From Eledone cirrhosa (taxonomy: Eukaryota), in contig OZ024741.1 in the NCBI GenBank assembly GCA_964016885.1, positions 133,052,001 to 133,116,000 of the forward strand: DNA of 64,000 nucleotides, read 5' to 3'. The translations under genes and the position numbers were made by a program. Positions 1-12,753 of this stretch are shown piece by piece; the stretch's first letter is position 1, and every line of letters starts with the position of its first letter. The notes beneath the pieces are model-generated. The model searched no databases. It worked only from the letters and a program-made list of their open reading frames with translations, and was not told the origin of the DNA.

Positions 1-252
1 GAAGGGAACAAACTGCCTGCGTCAGTTGTTAGCTGCCACGACACTGCATCCTTTAAGCCACTCAGGCTTCCCGAAATACGCCAAAACTACACCTGATGTA
101 CCCTTTCATACACATGCACACGTGTATATCATGACTCATGCACTGTTCATTTTCCTGACGTTTGTACATTACCCTATGTACTATACATACACTTTTTGAT
201 GAGTTGTAGTGCACCTGAGCACTGTACACAATATTTCATTATTATTATTAAT
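1..252 (+). mobile_element. 3' end of a CR1/L2-like LINE
   Basis: Frame 1 reads NKLPASVVSCHDTASFK, matching the CR1/L2 ORF2 terminal motif WNxLPxxVVxxxxxxxFK. It is followed by a short 3' UTR ending in an (ATT)n tail. Confidence 0.6.
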
Positions 253-470
253 AGTATCAACTATTATTAACTAAGGTGAATATTTTCAAATTTCTCAAAG
301 CTTTATACGTCAACCAAACTTGTTCACATAACATAAAAAATTTTCTAAAATACAAAAAATTTGAACATTTTGACTATATATATTTTAGTCATATTCATTA
401 TTATGGGCAGTGATGATACATGATACTGAAGCTATATGTATTGAAATCTCTTTTATGAAAGTACATTCTA

Positions 471-854
471 ATTTAATGTTTTGTTACCATGTTTCTAATG
501 AATGACATTGCCTATGTTTTTCAAATAATTTTGAAAATAATGAAGAATTTGGAGGTGATATAACAAATATCTTCTATATTAAGTTGAAGTTTGGAACATA
601 ACTTAAGAAATGTTCATAAGTTATGTTCCAAACATGATGATGGAAAATTTTTAGATAAATGATATAGTATGATCCCATAACTCCTGTTGGAGTCATAGGG
701 ACACCGTAATGACATACTGCATTTCTTAAAACATTTTAAGCTTGGCAGAGCCCATCCCTTTCCAGGTCTAGGTAAATATAAACACTTTAAAACAAACAGC
801 TTCATATCATGGAACCAGGGGTGTTTTCAGGCAGTTTGGTATCAAAAGGGTTAA
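471..854. mobile_element. piggyBac-like MITE (CCCTTT...AAAGGG termini, TTAA target), interrupted by an insertion at 661-768
   Basis: Ends in TCAAAAGGG-TTAA. The body resembles copies near 8680, 19997, 24830, 27060 and 28990. Confidence 0.6.
661..768 (-). mobile_element. Short 5'-truncated retroposon 3' end inserted in the MITE
   Basis: Flanked by a near-perfect 9-bp direct repeat, TAGATAAAT (652-660) and TAGGTAAAT (769-777). Similar to fragments near 26830-26930 and 29570-29670. Confidence 0.55.
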
Positions 855-931
855 AATTGCAGAAATGCCTATAATAGGCAATTAAATGAAAGAACAAAAT
901 AAAAATTATATATGACTGATATTTTTACATC

Positions 932-2585
932 TCATCATCATCATCATCTTCGTTTAACATCCATCTTCCACACTAGCATGGGTTAGACGGGAGTTGTCCC
1001 ACTTGAAGCAAGGTTGGTCGGCTGGTTTTCTACGGCTGGATGCCCTTCCTAATACCAACCACATTTACAGTGTGGAACTGGGAACTTTTTACCGTGTTAC
1101 CTACACGGCCACATTACAGCGTGGACTGTGTGTTTTATTTGTTGTGACACCTACACGATCTCGATCTCATTATCTCCTTTATTTGGACTGGGTGTTGTGG
1201 TACCAACTTTACAGAGAGAGGGTGGTGTTGGTGGGAGTGGGAGGATAGGGTAGGGGTAGTGGGTGGGGTGTATATTTGGTTAAGAAGTGCCTACTGACTG
1301 TAGGTTTCGCTTTGTACATAGGCGAGGCAGGTCTTCTGTATTACTGCGTAGCACCAAAGATCTCGGTCCAGTGACATTGTCTTAGAGAGGTGCAAGTGTG
1401 TAAGGTCGAAATTTATCAGATCGTTCCACGTTTTTCTGGGTCTACCTACTCCGTAACTACCATCAATTTTGATCGCCCTGCACTTTTTTATACAGCTGTT
1501 GTCTTTCATGCGCATCACGTGGCCATACCAACGTAGTCTTCTCTCAAGTAAACAACATCTGATTTCCTCTTATTTCTAATTTCTCACTTAGTTCATTTAT
1601 GCTTTGCCGTTCACGTATATTACTATTACACATCCAATGAAGCATGCATGCTTCGTTCCTTTCCAGTCTACACAGGTCCTCTGCACGCAATGCCCATGTC
1701 TCACTGCCATGTAGCATTGCTGCTCGTATACAGGCATCATGCAATCTGCCTTTCATTTTTAGAGAGAAACCTTTTGTGGCCAACAGCGGTATAAGCTCTC
1801 TGAACTTTTTCCATCCCGTTCTGATTCTGGCTACTGTACTTTCAGAACACCCTCCACCACTGCTGATTTCATCACCCAGGTAATGGAAAGTGTCCACTAT
1901 TTCTATAGAACCATTGGGCAATAGAAGGAGCTAGTATCCTGTGGGTACTTGCTACTTATTGCACCTGAGCATCGGCCACATATAAAGTCTATGTTCTTAG
2001 ATAGCTTACCTGTGATCCCACTACATCTTTTATGTACCCATAGTTTGCATTTGGGACATAAAATTTCTGCCTACTCCTTTCCTACACACTGAGCATGGCC
2101 ATTTCCCTGAGGGCACCTGTGACCTATTTTCCTTTCTACAAACTAGAACTTTAGTCTTAGACAAGTTAACTTTAAGGCCTTTTGATTCTAGGCCATGCTT
2201 CCATGTTTGGAATTTCTTCTCTAGTTCAGCCATAGATTCAGCTATTAGAGTTAGATCATCTGCTATGTTGGGAGGTGCATTCTTCATGGGGGAAGGATTT
2301 AGTGTTTACAACAGACACTTTGTCACGTCTTCTAGTAAGGATATAATCTATCTGGCTGGTGTGTTCCCCTGATCTATAGATGATCAAGTGGTTTTCTCGT
2401 TTTTTTTAAGTTTGTGTGACAGATAGTTAGGTTATTAGCGTCACAGAATTCCAGGATTCTGAAGCCCTCCTCATTTCTATTTCCAACCCCATAGCCTCCA
2501 TGGATTCCATCATAGCCATCACTATGTTGTCTAACGTGACCATTTAGGTCGCCAGCAATAATTAAGTAGTCGCTGTCAGTTATTC
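932..2585 (-). mobile_element. RTE LINE copy (family 1), 5'-truncated, internally deleted and frameshifted
   Basis: Colinear with the intact copy at 55706-59375. (CAT)n tail at about 932-950. At about 2263 the RT ADDL codons join directly to the endonuclease TSQH region. Confidence 0.95.
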
Positions 2586-2939
2586 TAATTTCATATCATG
2601 TAACTGCTTTAATTATATTAAGAAAAACAAAATTTAAAAATTTAAAAAGCCATAGGGATGTTAATTTTGAAGGAAAGAAAGGAGGGAGGGTGATGAGAAC
2701 ATTTGTATGTAACCTCTGATCTAAAAAAAAGAGAACATCCAATTAATAGCTAATCAACAAAATTTCATTTCACATATCTGATATAGTCAACAAGAAAATA
2801 ATACAGATCATCCATTATATGCTGTTGTTATTTTCTCCCCGCTAAACCTCTTGAGCTTTTGTGACCTTTAGCTATATACAACAAACAGATCAGTGAATTC
2901 AGGGTTTTGATCTGCTGTCAATGCACTCTACACACTGGC

Positions 2940-3160
2940 AGCAGCCTTACTCATCTAGTCATCAACACTCCAGCCTTACTCATCTAGATATTCTACACTC
3001 CAGCCTTACACATCAAGACATCTACACTCCAACCTTACACATCAAGACATTTACACTCCAGCCTTACTCATTCAGACATCTACACTCCAGCCTTAATTAT
3101 CTACACATCTACAATCCACACGCACACACTGGCTACAGCCTTAGTCATCTATACATCTAT
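2940..3160. repeat. Minisatellite, 30-bp unit (ACTCCAGCCTTACTCATCTAGACATCTAC-like), about 7 degenerate copies
   Basis: CCAGCCTTA recurs at 30-bp spacing. Confidence 0.85.
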
Positions 3161-3507
3161 ACAAATAAAAGAAAATAACAATACAAAGAAATTAGCAGGA
3201 TCACAGAAATTGGAAATGACATGGCATGTTATGCTGTTATGTTCCTTATGCTGCACCAAAAATCATTGAACTTGTTTTGGTTTTTTTTTTTTACTCCAAC
3301 AATTATAACAATAACAACGCTTTAAGCTATTTTGTCATTAAGATTTCTTTTACAGCTAGTTTTGTTCTTTATTTTATTTTACTTTAACTTTAGTTGAGGG
3401 GGAGGAAGTTAGCGTGAATTTAACAGTATGCATGGTAGGGCAAAACTATTATATTACAGGATATTGAAGTTGTTGATGTCACAATGTTATTTACAGTAGA
3501 ACTTTAG

Positions 3508-3890
3508 GAGTATGGCTGAGTGGTTAGGGTATTCAGCTCACGGTCGAAAGGTCATGAGTTCAATTCCCTGCAGGACATTGTGTCCATGCATAAGGCACAT
3601 TTATTTCATGTTGCTCCAGTCCATGCAACTGGCAAAAATGAGTTGTACCTGTATTTCGAAGAAGTTGCTTGTTACATATATGTGCGTGTGGAATGCTCAG
3701 CCACTTACATGTTAATTTCATGAGCAGGTCCAGCCTTATCACACACAGTAACACACTGAATCTTCCTGAGATACATTAAGGTATATGTGTCTGTGGAATG
3801 CTCAGCCACTTGCACATTAATTTCATGAGCAGGTAGTTCTGTTGATTATATCAACTGGAAAACTCATCGTCATAACCGACGGAGTACCTG
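3508..3890 (+). mobile_element. tRNA-derived SINE
   Basis: A-box TGGCTGAGTGG and B-box GAGTTCAATTCC. Central part shared with the SINEs at 39143 and 42053; tail shared with the SINE at 15205. Confidence 0.8.
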
Positions 3891-4629
3891 TTTTTGTATA
3901 GCTTTAACTAATGTATTTTCTATCAAAGCTAGCACCCAACTGCTAAATGTGCAATTGAACCCGACTTCCCTGGCTGCTTATGCTCAATAATTTAATGCAC
4001 CATTATAGCAAATGTTACCAGGTAAAAATAAATCACAGTAAAGTAAGCTTAATCTCGCACTAAATTCACCTCTTATCGCAACAATTAAGTAATTTACTTC
4101 TATTTTTGGCTTCAATAATAAATGTTTATTTACTATATACTTTTAAGAATAGATATAGTTTTAACTCTTAATGTCCTCCTCTACCACAAGAGACTGCATT
4201 AATAAAACATTCTTGATCAGTCCACTAGTAAAGATAATATACACATTTTAAAATGTTTTTAGATAATTTCTGCCAAATCATCAAAGATATTAAGAGTTAA
4301 TATGAAGCCCTGAGATACACTCTCACAATTAACGTTCACCTTTCATTTTAAAATAGCTCCCAGAACATCCCATCTCCCTCTACGTAAATCTGTAGTTTTA
4401 TGTTATGGCACCCCTATAACACCCGATTGAGTTATAGGGGTGCCAGCATTACATACAGTGTATGTTGGGCATTGAACACAGTCAATTTCTTCCAGAGAAA
4501 AAGAGAAGCAAGAGAAAATTTGAACTCAGAGCAGAGAGAGCCAGAACAAGTACTGCAACGTATTCTATCCAACTTTCTAAAGACTGCCAATTCAACACCT
4601 TAAATATGGGGCCATATGCCATGTAAAAA

Positions 4630-5700
4630 GATAATAATAATGATTTCTTTATTAGCCACACAGGGCTCACATTAAGGAAATATTAAAGACGATACAGGAC
4701 AATACAGTGGGTTTTTCTTTGTGTAAAATAAAATTTATAAAAAAAACTAAGAAAATAAACATTTAAAACAAACATAACTTCCCCAAAGTTGAGAAGACTC
4801 TAAGGGTCACTTGTGTAGAAATCCCACAAAAGCGACAGTCACCCTGTCCGGTAGGGCAATGTGCCGTCTCACAGTCTTTCTACTCCAATCTACAGGTGTA
4901 TGCTCAAGGCAGGCCCATTTACACGGACCATGTTCGCCACTCTCACCCACCTTTCAACAAACTGGTTGGAAGGTAGCAATTCCTTCTCCACCCTGATTTT
5001 CCTCTTCAAGTGAAATCTAAGAAAATTAATCAGGACTTCACCAAAGAAGAAGATGGCTGTCTTCAAACCTTTCAAATGCATCCACCACATGACCACTTTC
5101 GCCATGGCCATAAGGCAGATAAAAACTGCCTGTCCTTCCCCTCTAAAGGAGAACAGCGGGGCGATCTTCACAATGGACTCAGTTGATAGTTGGATCCGTT
5201 CTACACATGACAGCAGGTGCTCGACATAAACCCACAGGTCAGCAATACTCGGACACTCAACGAGTGCGTGCAGAACGGTTTCATTGTCCTGTGCGCACCT
5301 CAGACAGGTCCAATTGACAGCACTTCTATGCCTGTAGAGTTTATTCCGAACTGGCAAAGCTTTTCGGTAGCACTGCCAGGCCAGGGATTTCTGGATGTTG
5401 TCCATGGCCCCTGGCCCATAAGTTCTCCCGAAAAGATTGGCTAGTTGATTTTCAGCGATGCCCAGAGTCTCCCCAAGGACGTTGTTGCTATTTCCCTCCA
5501 CTAACCCTCCATAGAACTCCAACTTGGAGTTTCCACCGACTGCAGTGCCCGACTGGTCGAGGGCTATGAGCGCCTGAAAACATTCCAATCTCTAAACGCT
5601 TCCTCTCGGTCTTTGCTTGAACTAGGACTGCAGCTCTGTCAAGGAGATGAGCTGGAGAAAAACGTGTCTAGCAAACACCGACCACACCTGTTCATTGTCA
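4630..5700 (-). mobile_element. 3' fragment of an L1/Tx1-clade LINE (zf-RVT region)
   Basis: ORF 4890-5588 contains WQCYRKALPVRNKL...CLRC...ETVLHALVEC, the L1/Tx1 C-terminal cysteine-rich motif. The 3' end has AATAAA plus (ATT)n near 4630-4655. Confidence 0.85.
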
Positions 5701-5714
5701 AGGAAGAGATTTCT

Positions 5715-6350
5715 TTATTAATAATAATTTCTAGTATAGGCACAAGGCCAGAAATTTGGGGGAGGGGAAAGTTGATTAAATCGACCCCAGTACGTTACTG
5801 ATGCTTTATTTTATTGACTCCATAAGGATGAAAGGCAAAGTTAACCTTGGCAGAATTTGAACTCAGAACGTAAAGGGCCATAACTATGCTGCAAAGCATG
5901 GTGTCTGACACTCTACCAATACTGCCAATCCACCACCCTAATAATAATGTTTCTACTTTTAACACAAGGCCAGCAATTACCTCAGTGCATTACTGGTGCT
6001 TAATTTTATCGACCCCGTAAGGATGAAAGGCAAAGTTAACCTCAGCGGATTTGAACTCAGAACTTAAAGGACCATAACTATGCTGCAAAGCATGGTATCC
6101 GACGCTCTACCGATACTGCCAAACCACGGCCCTAATAATGATAATAATTGTTTCTACTTTTGGCACAAGGCCAGCAATTATCCCAGTGAATTACTGCTAC
6201 TTTATTTTATCGACCCTGGAAGGATGAAAGGCAAAGTTAACCTTGGCTGGATTTGAACTCAGAATGGCAAGGGCCGTAACTATGTGTCAAAGCATGGCGT
6301 CCGACCCTCTACCGATACTGCCAATCCACCTAATAATGATAATAATAATA
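5715..6350 (-). mobile_element. Three tandem tRNA-derived SINEs with a Nin-like central domain
   Basis: Each carries the reverse complement of GAGTTCAAATC..GAGGTTAACTTTGCCTTTCATCCTTACGGGGTCGATAAAA and an (ATT)n tail. Confidence 0.85.
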
Positions 6351-6639
6351 ATGTAACCAGATTATACTTAAAGCATCTTTGAGAAAGGTATGAACATCAC
6401 AACTTCATATTGCCTTTAAATTTAAGAACTTGACTATGCTTATAGGTAAGACAGTTCAGAGCCAAGTATTTCACAGTATTCTAACATTCAAAATTTCACT
6501 ATTCTGAATTTCATTTTATCCTATCAGAATTGAGAAAATAACTTCCACTAAAATACTGTGGCCAATTTTATTGACTGACATCTAATGTTAATGTACATTA
6601 TTATTATAAATAAATAAAGAAATCATTATTATTATTATT

Positions 6640-6990
6640 ATCTGAGTTCAAATCCTGCCAAGGTTGACTTTGCTTTCACCCTTACGGGGTCGATAAAATA
6701 AAGTACCAGTAATGCACTGGGTAAAGGCTGGCCTTGTGCCTAAATTAGAAACAATTATTATTATCAGGACCGTGGATTAACAGTATCAGTAGAGTGTCTG
6801 ACAATATGCTTTGTGACATATAGTTACATCCCTTTACATTCTGAGTTTAAATCTCATTGAGGTTAGCTTTGCATTTCATCCTTACAGGGTCGATAAAATA
6901 AAGTACCAGTAACGAACTGAGGTCGATTTAATCGACTTTACCCTTCCCCAAAATAGTGATTTTGTGCCTAAATCAGAAACCATTACTATC
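6640..6990 (+). mobile_element. Two tandem Nin-like SINEs, the first 5'-truncated
   Basis: Same B-box and GCCTTTCATCCTTACGGGGTCGATAAAATAAAGTACCAGT core on the plus strand. Confidence 0.85.
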
Positions 6991-7284
6991 ATCATAATTC
7001 TTATACCTCTTAAGCTTAAATCTAGGCTCTTAACCTAATTTTTTTTCGAAGGAGATGGTTTTTAGAAGTCATTTCAATCTTTCTAATTCTAATATAGAAC
7101 AGACGATGGACACAAAGACAAAATGCAAACATACTACAAGAAGCCATTTTAAGTCCTTTCTACCCCCACCAAAACAACTCTATGGAGCTCTCCTAATGAC
7201 CTTCCCCTCCTTTATCTATGTGGACATAGGTGTTGCATGTGTTTCTATATATGTGTTTATACATACCCTCCTGCCTTAATGATT

Positions 7285-7488
7285 CTGCCAATCCACCACC
7301 CTAATAATAATAGTAACAATAATAATAATTGTTTCTACTATTGGCACAAGGCATTACTGGTACTTTATTTTATCGACCCCGTAAGGATGAAAGGCAAAGT
7401 TAACCTCGGCAGGATTTGAACTCAGAATGGCAAGGGCCGTAACTCTATGCGTCAAAGCATGGCGTCCGACCCTCTATAGATACCGCCA
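7285..7488 (-). mobile_element. Nin-like SINE
   Basis: Same core as the 5715-6350 copies. Confidence 0.8.
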
Positions 7489-7735
7489 AATAATAATAGG
7501 AGCTCTAGTAATGATAAAAAGATACACAAAGAAATACATAAACAAAACCCTAGAACTTACAAATATATACAGAATACAGAAATTAGCACTATTAGACATG
7601 GCATACATATTACAAAAAGTATTCTCAATCCAACAGAAACAACACCAAAAACAACACTGCACATACCCAAGGCATATAGAGCTGTGCTCAGTAATACAGT
7701 GACATTATGCAATAAAAATAAGACTAATAATAATA
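7489..7735 (+). mobile_element. 3' end of an R4/Dong-like non-LTR retrotransposon
   Basis: Translates IIIGALVMIKRYTKKYINK...IQKLALLDMAYILQKVFSI, matching the R4/Dong C-terminus (PxxxGALG...IQKxALLGTAHILR). Ends in (TAA)n. Confidence 0.7.
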
Positions 7736-7840
7736 ATTGTTTCTACTTTTGGCACAAGGCCAGCAAATACCCAGTGTATTACTGGTACTTTATTTTATCG
7801 CCCCCGTAAGGATGAAAGGCAAAGTTAACCTCGGCGGGAC
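7736..7840 (-). mobile_element. Truncated Nin-like SINE
   Basis: Core and tail only. Confidence 0.75.
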
Positions 7841-8679
7841 TTAGTAGAAGAGACAACGATGGTGAGCTATTGATTGTATTATCTTTAAAAAAAAACTGGC
7901 TAAATAAGCAGTTGAATGTTATAGTTTAGGCAAGTAAATTAAATTATTTGTCACATCTACAATGTGAACATGTGTTGGTGGCTGTATTGTCCCACCGCAC
8001 ATAAGTTCATACAGCTGTTACACTATGTCATTGACTTATATATACAAATATTTGTTACAGAATTTTTAATCTGGAAATAGCTTATATTTGCAGTAAAAAA
8101 AGCAAAAAAGGGAAAAAATTTTGTCTCCAATCATCTTTACTTAGAAGAACCAGCATTCATTGAAAAATAAAACAATAGTAATTATTTGGATAATTGTAGT
8201 ATGTATCTTGGTTTTTAGATCATACCCCGGCATTTCATAAGAGGGTTGGTGTAATGAAAGGCATTTGACTACAAAGCATTGCCTCAAAACATCCCTTCCA
8301 ACCCATGCTAATACAGAAAAGTGGGCGTAAAAATGATGATCATGATAAGCCCAATTGCATCTTTACATATGCTCTATTGAGTGGCAATATATGTCGTCAG
8401 TACTAGTCAATATGTCACAAAATCTATGACTGTAAAGTATATATTTGTTCAATAACATCCAATGCTTTGTGAAGATGTATTGTTAAATATAGTCAATATC
8501 TCAGGACAAAAATGATAATCTATAATCTCTCTCTGTCCTAAGCAGCACATCTATTAATAGCAAGTTTTTTTTTCCTTTTCTTTTTATTAATTATATATTT
8601 TCATGTCAGAATATGTAAAATTTGTATAGATCACTATGATTTATTACACTAACATCAGCATAGTGCTTTGTAGTTTGTA

Positions 8680-8891
8680 GCTTTTGATACTAAACCACCT
8701 GAAATTGCCCCTCAATACAAAGCTAGATATTTTAAAGCAGTTGATATAATTATCAAAAGAGCTTCCATCATAATTTTATGTAAGAAACTTTGTTATGTTC
8801 CAAACACCAGCTCAATAATGAGAAAATTAGTTATATTATTAAATCCTTCCAAATTCTTTATTATTTTCAAAATGATTTTAAAATTATAGGC
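8680..8891. mobile_element. Left part of a TTAA-type MITE split by the RTE insertion; the right part is 12754-12797
   Basis: Joining 8680-8891 to 12760-12797 reconstructs the reverse complement of the 471-854 MITE, ending in AAAGGG-TTAA. Confidence 0.75.
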
Positions 8892-8920
8892 CCTCCAACA
8901 CACTCTACAACATGCGGTCA

Positions 8921-8953
<33 letters not shown>

Positions 8954-9269
8954 ATCCATATACATATATAAGATAAAGTAATTCACTTTCGCCAATTTGT
9001 GGCAGATTCTCATTCATGGTAAAATGTAATGTACTCATTTTTCTAGCTTTCTAACATCCGCTTATTCCATAGTCCTTCCAAACCTATTTCCTCCTGTATT
9101 TTCCAAAACAAATCTCTTGTATTTTGTCCTGATTGTAAAATACGGAAGTTTTTGGCGTATTTTACTAAACAAATCTTGTATTTTTGTTTACGTTCGTAAA
9201 ATACTAGGATCTAACTTAAACCTATTCTTCTCGCTAACAACTCAACACCCCTCCCTCCCGCCCCCATGC

Positions 9270-12200
9270 ACCACCATTATTATCACGTGGACCAATCATA
9301 AGCCAGAGGCCTATACTATCGCTTACCTGGTCGCCTTCGGTATGTAGGATGGAAGGACTACGGAGTTCCGGAGAGTTGAAGAGAGAAAAATCTGGACGCT
9401 CAGCGACAATGCCAAAGTTAAAGACAAACACACCTCGTGGACGAGAATGCGAGCATGCCTCTTTGTTTCGGCCGCGGATGGCTAACACAACCCCATCTCC
9501 CCCCGCTCCCCACCTTTCCCACCCCCCAAACGCAATCCAAAACTTCAGATTTGGTACCTTGAATGTAGGCACCTTAAAGGGTCGCTCTAACGAGGATGTA
9601 GAAATGCTTGAACGTAAGGAGGTCGATGTTTGTTGTATTCAAGAGACCAGGTGGAGGGGTGGATCTGCTAGATTCATTGTGGGTAGAAAACGATGCTATA
9701 AGCTTTTCTGGGTGGGAAATGACAATGGGCTGGGTGGGGTAGGAATCATGGTAGCAGAAAAGTGGGCAGATAAGATAATAGACGTAAATAGAGTGAACGA
9801 CAGAATAATTAAAATAAGACTTGTCCTCAATAGAACCACGGTGACAGTAATATCCGCGTACGCACCCCAATCCGGACTGCCCAGCACTATAAAAGACAGA
9901 TTCTATGAGACATTGATGCTCACTACCTCCCAAATAACCGACAGTGACTATATAATTATTGCAGGCGACCTAAACGGTCACGTTGGACAACATTGTGACG
10001 GCTACAACGAAATCCATGGAGGCTATGGGTTTGGTACTAGAAATGAGGAAGGCTCCAGAATCCTGGAATTCTGTGACGCAAATAACCTAACTATCTGCAA
10101 CACTAACTTCAAAAAACGAGACAATCACTTGATCACCTACAGATCAGGGGAACATACCAACCAGGTAGATTATATCCTTACCAGAAGACGTGACAAAGTG
10201 ACTGTTGTAAACACTAAATCCCTCCCCCATGAAGAATGCACCTCCCAACATAGACTGATAATTAGCGACCTAATAGTCAGGACAAGACGTACTAGACAAC
10301 AGAAGAGGACTACCCTCAGGAGAAAAATATGGAAGCTAAAGGACCCCACAGCCAAAAATAAATTCCAAAGCATATTACTTGATGCTTTCGACAGTAAGGA
10401 AGAGCAATTAGAGTCGTACAAGGTAGAGGAACAGTGGGAATTCCTGAAAGCAAACCTGCTGACGGCGACAGACGAAGTCTGTGGCTGGAGCAGGCCTGTA
10501 GGCAGGAGGAGAGTAACATGGTGGTGGAACAGTAAGGTGGAGGGGTCAATTAAGGCCAAAAAGCAGGCTTGGAAAGTATGGCGGGATGGGGGAAGTAGAG
10601 AAGACTATCAAGTGGCCAGGAGGGAAGCTAGGAGACAAGTGTACTTCGCAAGAAGGGAAGCAGAGGAAAGAAAGTTCAAGCATGTTCTACAACGTGAGGA
10701 CCAAAAACGTGAGGTGTTCAGGATTGCTAGGCAATGTGTCAAGGAAAACAGTGATATTGTCGGGGAGAAGTGTGTACTTAACGATGACGGCGTACTTGCC
10801 ATCACCGACGCCGATAAGACGGTAGCTTGGAAGTGTCACTATGAAAGGCTACTAAATGAGGAGAATAAATGGGAGAAAGACAGTCTCCCCCACATCGACC
10901 CAATAGAGGGACCAGCAGTGTTAGTCGAGGGTAGTATAATAAGTAAGGCAATCAAAGATATGAAGACAGGCAAGGCGGCTGGGCCTTCGGAAATAGTTGC
11001 CGAGATGCTGAAGGCATCTGGTACGGTGGGACACACCATGGTCACCCGGATAGTCAACCAAGTCATACAGAATGGGGTTGTTCCGAAGGACTGGCGTAGC
11101 AGCATCACCGTTAACTGTTATAAGGGTAAAGGAGATGCCCTAGATAGGAGTAATTATAGAGGCATTAAACTAATCGACCAGGTCATGAAGGTCACGGAAA
11201 AAGTAATAGCGCAACTAATCAGAGAGCGAATTGATCTAGATGAAATGCAGTTCGGGTTTGTGTCAGGAAAAAGTACCACGGACGCTCTTTTCATTGTACG
11301 ACAACTACAGGAGAAGTACCTAGCTAAAAGTAAACCCCTATACTTAGCTTTCGTCGACTTGGAGAAGGCCTTCGACAGAGTCCCCCGTTCCATTATCTGG
11401 TGGGCTCTTAGAAAACTAGGTGTTGATGAATGGCTTGTGAGAGCTATACAAGCCATGTATAAAGAAACAGTCAGCAAGGTTAGAATTAACAACGAATATA
11501 GTGAAGAGTTTAGTGTAAAAGTTGGTGTTCATCAGGGATCTGTTCTTAGCCCCCTACTATTTATTATTGCCCTCCAGGCTATAACAGTGGAGTTCAAGAC
11601 CGGCTGCCCATGGGAACTCCTATACGCAGATGATCTAACGCTCATAGCTGAATCAATGGCCGAGCTAGAGAAGAAATTCTAAACATGGAAGCACGGCCTA
11701 GAATCAAAAGGCCTTAAAATTAACCTGGCTAAGACTAAAGTTCTAGTTTGTAAGAAAGAAAATAAGGCGGCGGTCCCCTCCGGGAAGTGGCCATGCGCAG
11801 AGTGTAGGAAAGGCGTAGGTAGAAACTCCATTTTGTGTCCCAAATGCAAAGTTTGGGTGCATAAAAAATGTAGTGGGATCACAGGTAAGCTAACTAAGAA
11901 CATAGATTTTACATGTGGCCGGTGTTCCGGCGCAATAAGTAGCAGCAAGTGCCCACAAAATACTAGCTCTTTCAGCTGCGCAGAGGGTTCTATAGAAATA
12001 GTGGACAGCTTCCGTTACCTGGGTGACAAAATCAGCAGTGGGGGAGGGTACTCTGAAAGTACAGTAGCTAGAGTCAGAACTGGGTGGAAAAAGTTCAGAG
12101 AGCTTATACCACTATTAGCCGCTAAAGAGTTCTTCCTAAAAATGAAAGGCAGGTTGTACGATGCCTGCATACGAATAGCAATGTTGCACGGCAGTGAGAC

Positions 12201-12753
12201 CTGGGCATTGTGTGCAGAAGCCACGGAATAGGCAGACCCAGAAAAACCTGGGATGAGCTGATAAACTCCGACCTCACACACTTACACCTCACCAAGACAA
12301 TGTCACTGGACCGAGACCTTTGGCGGTACTCAGTAACAGAGAAGACCCGCCTTACCTAAATACATAGTAAAACCTACTACAGCCAGTAGGCATCTATAAC
12401 AAAATACACCCACGTCCCACCACCACACCCCATCCACACCACCCCCTCCTATGTAAAGTTATGTTGGTGCCACAACATCCAGGCCGAAACAAATGAGATC
12501 GTGTAGGTGTCACGACAAAAAAACACACAGTCCACGCTGTAATGTGGCCGTGTAGGCAACACGGTAAAAATCTCCCAGTCCCACACTGTAAATGTGGTTG
12601 GTGTTAGGAAGGGCATCCAACTGTAGAAAACCTGCCAGACAGTCCTATGCGAGCAAGACAATCACTCTTGCCTCAAGTGGGAATACCCCCGTCCAAACCC
12701 ATGCAAGCGTGGAACACGGACGTTAAACGTTGATGATGATGATGATGATGATG
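9270..12753 (+). mobile_element. Near full-length RTE LINE (family 1), inactivated
   Basis: The 5' end (CCATTATTAT..GGACC..ATCATAAGCCAGAGGCC) matches the intact copy. Contains APE and RT domains, a 3' UTR and a (TGA)n tail at 12731-12753. Confidence 0.97.
9409..12360 (+). pseudogene. Disrupted RTE ORF (APE endonuclease + reverse transcriptase + PHD-like finger)
   Basis: Motifs [28 protein letters not shown] and YADDL are present. CAA>TAA stop at 11680-11682, and a deletion of about 220 bp at about 12218 relative to the intact copy. Confidence 0.95.

Noticed and set aside
2710-2736. Possible 7-nt minus-strand microexon (ATCAGAG)
   Set aside because: Good acceptor but weak GTTACA donor and a frame-shifting length. 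It cannot be supported without RNA data.
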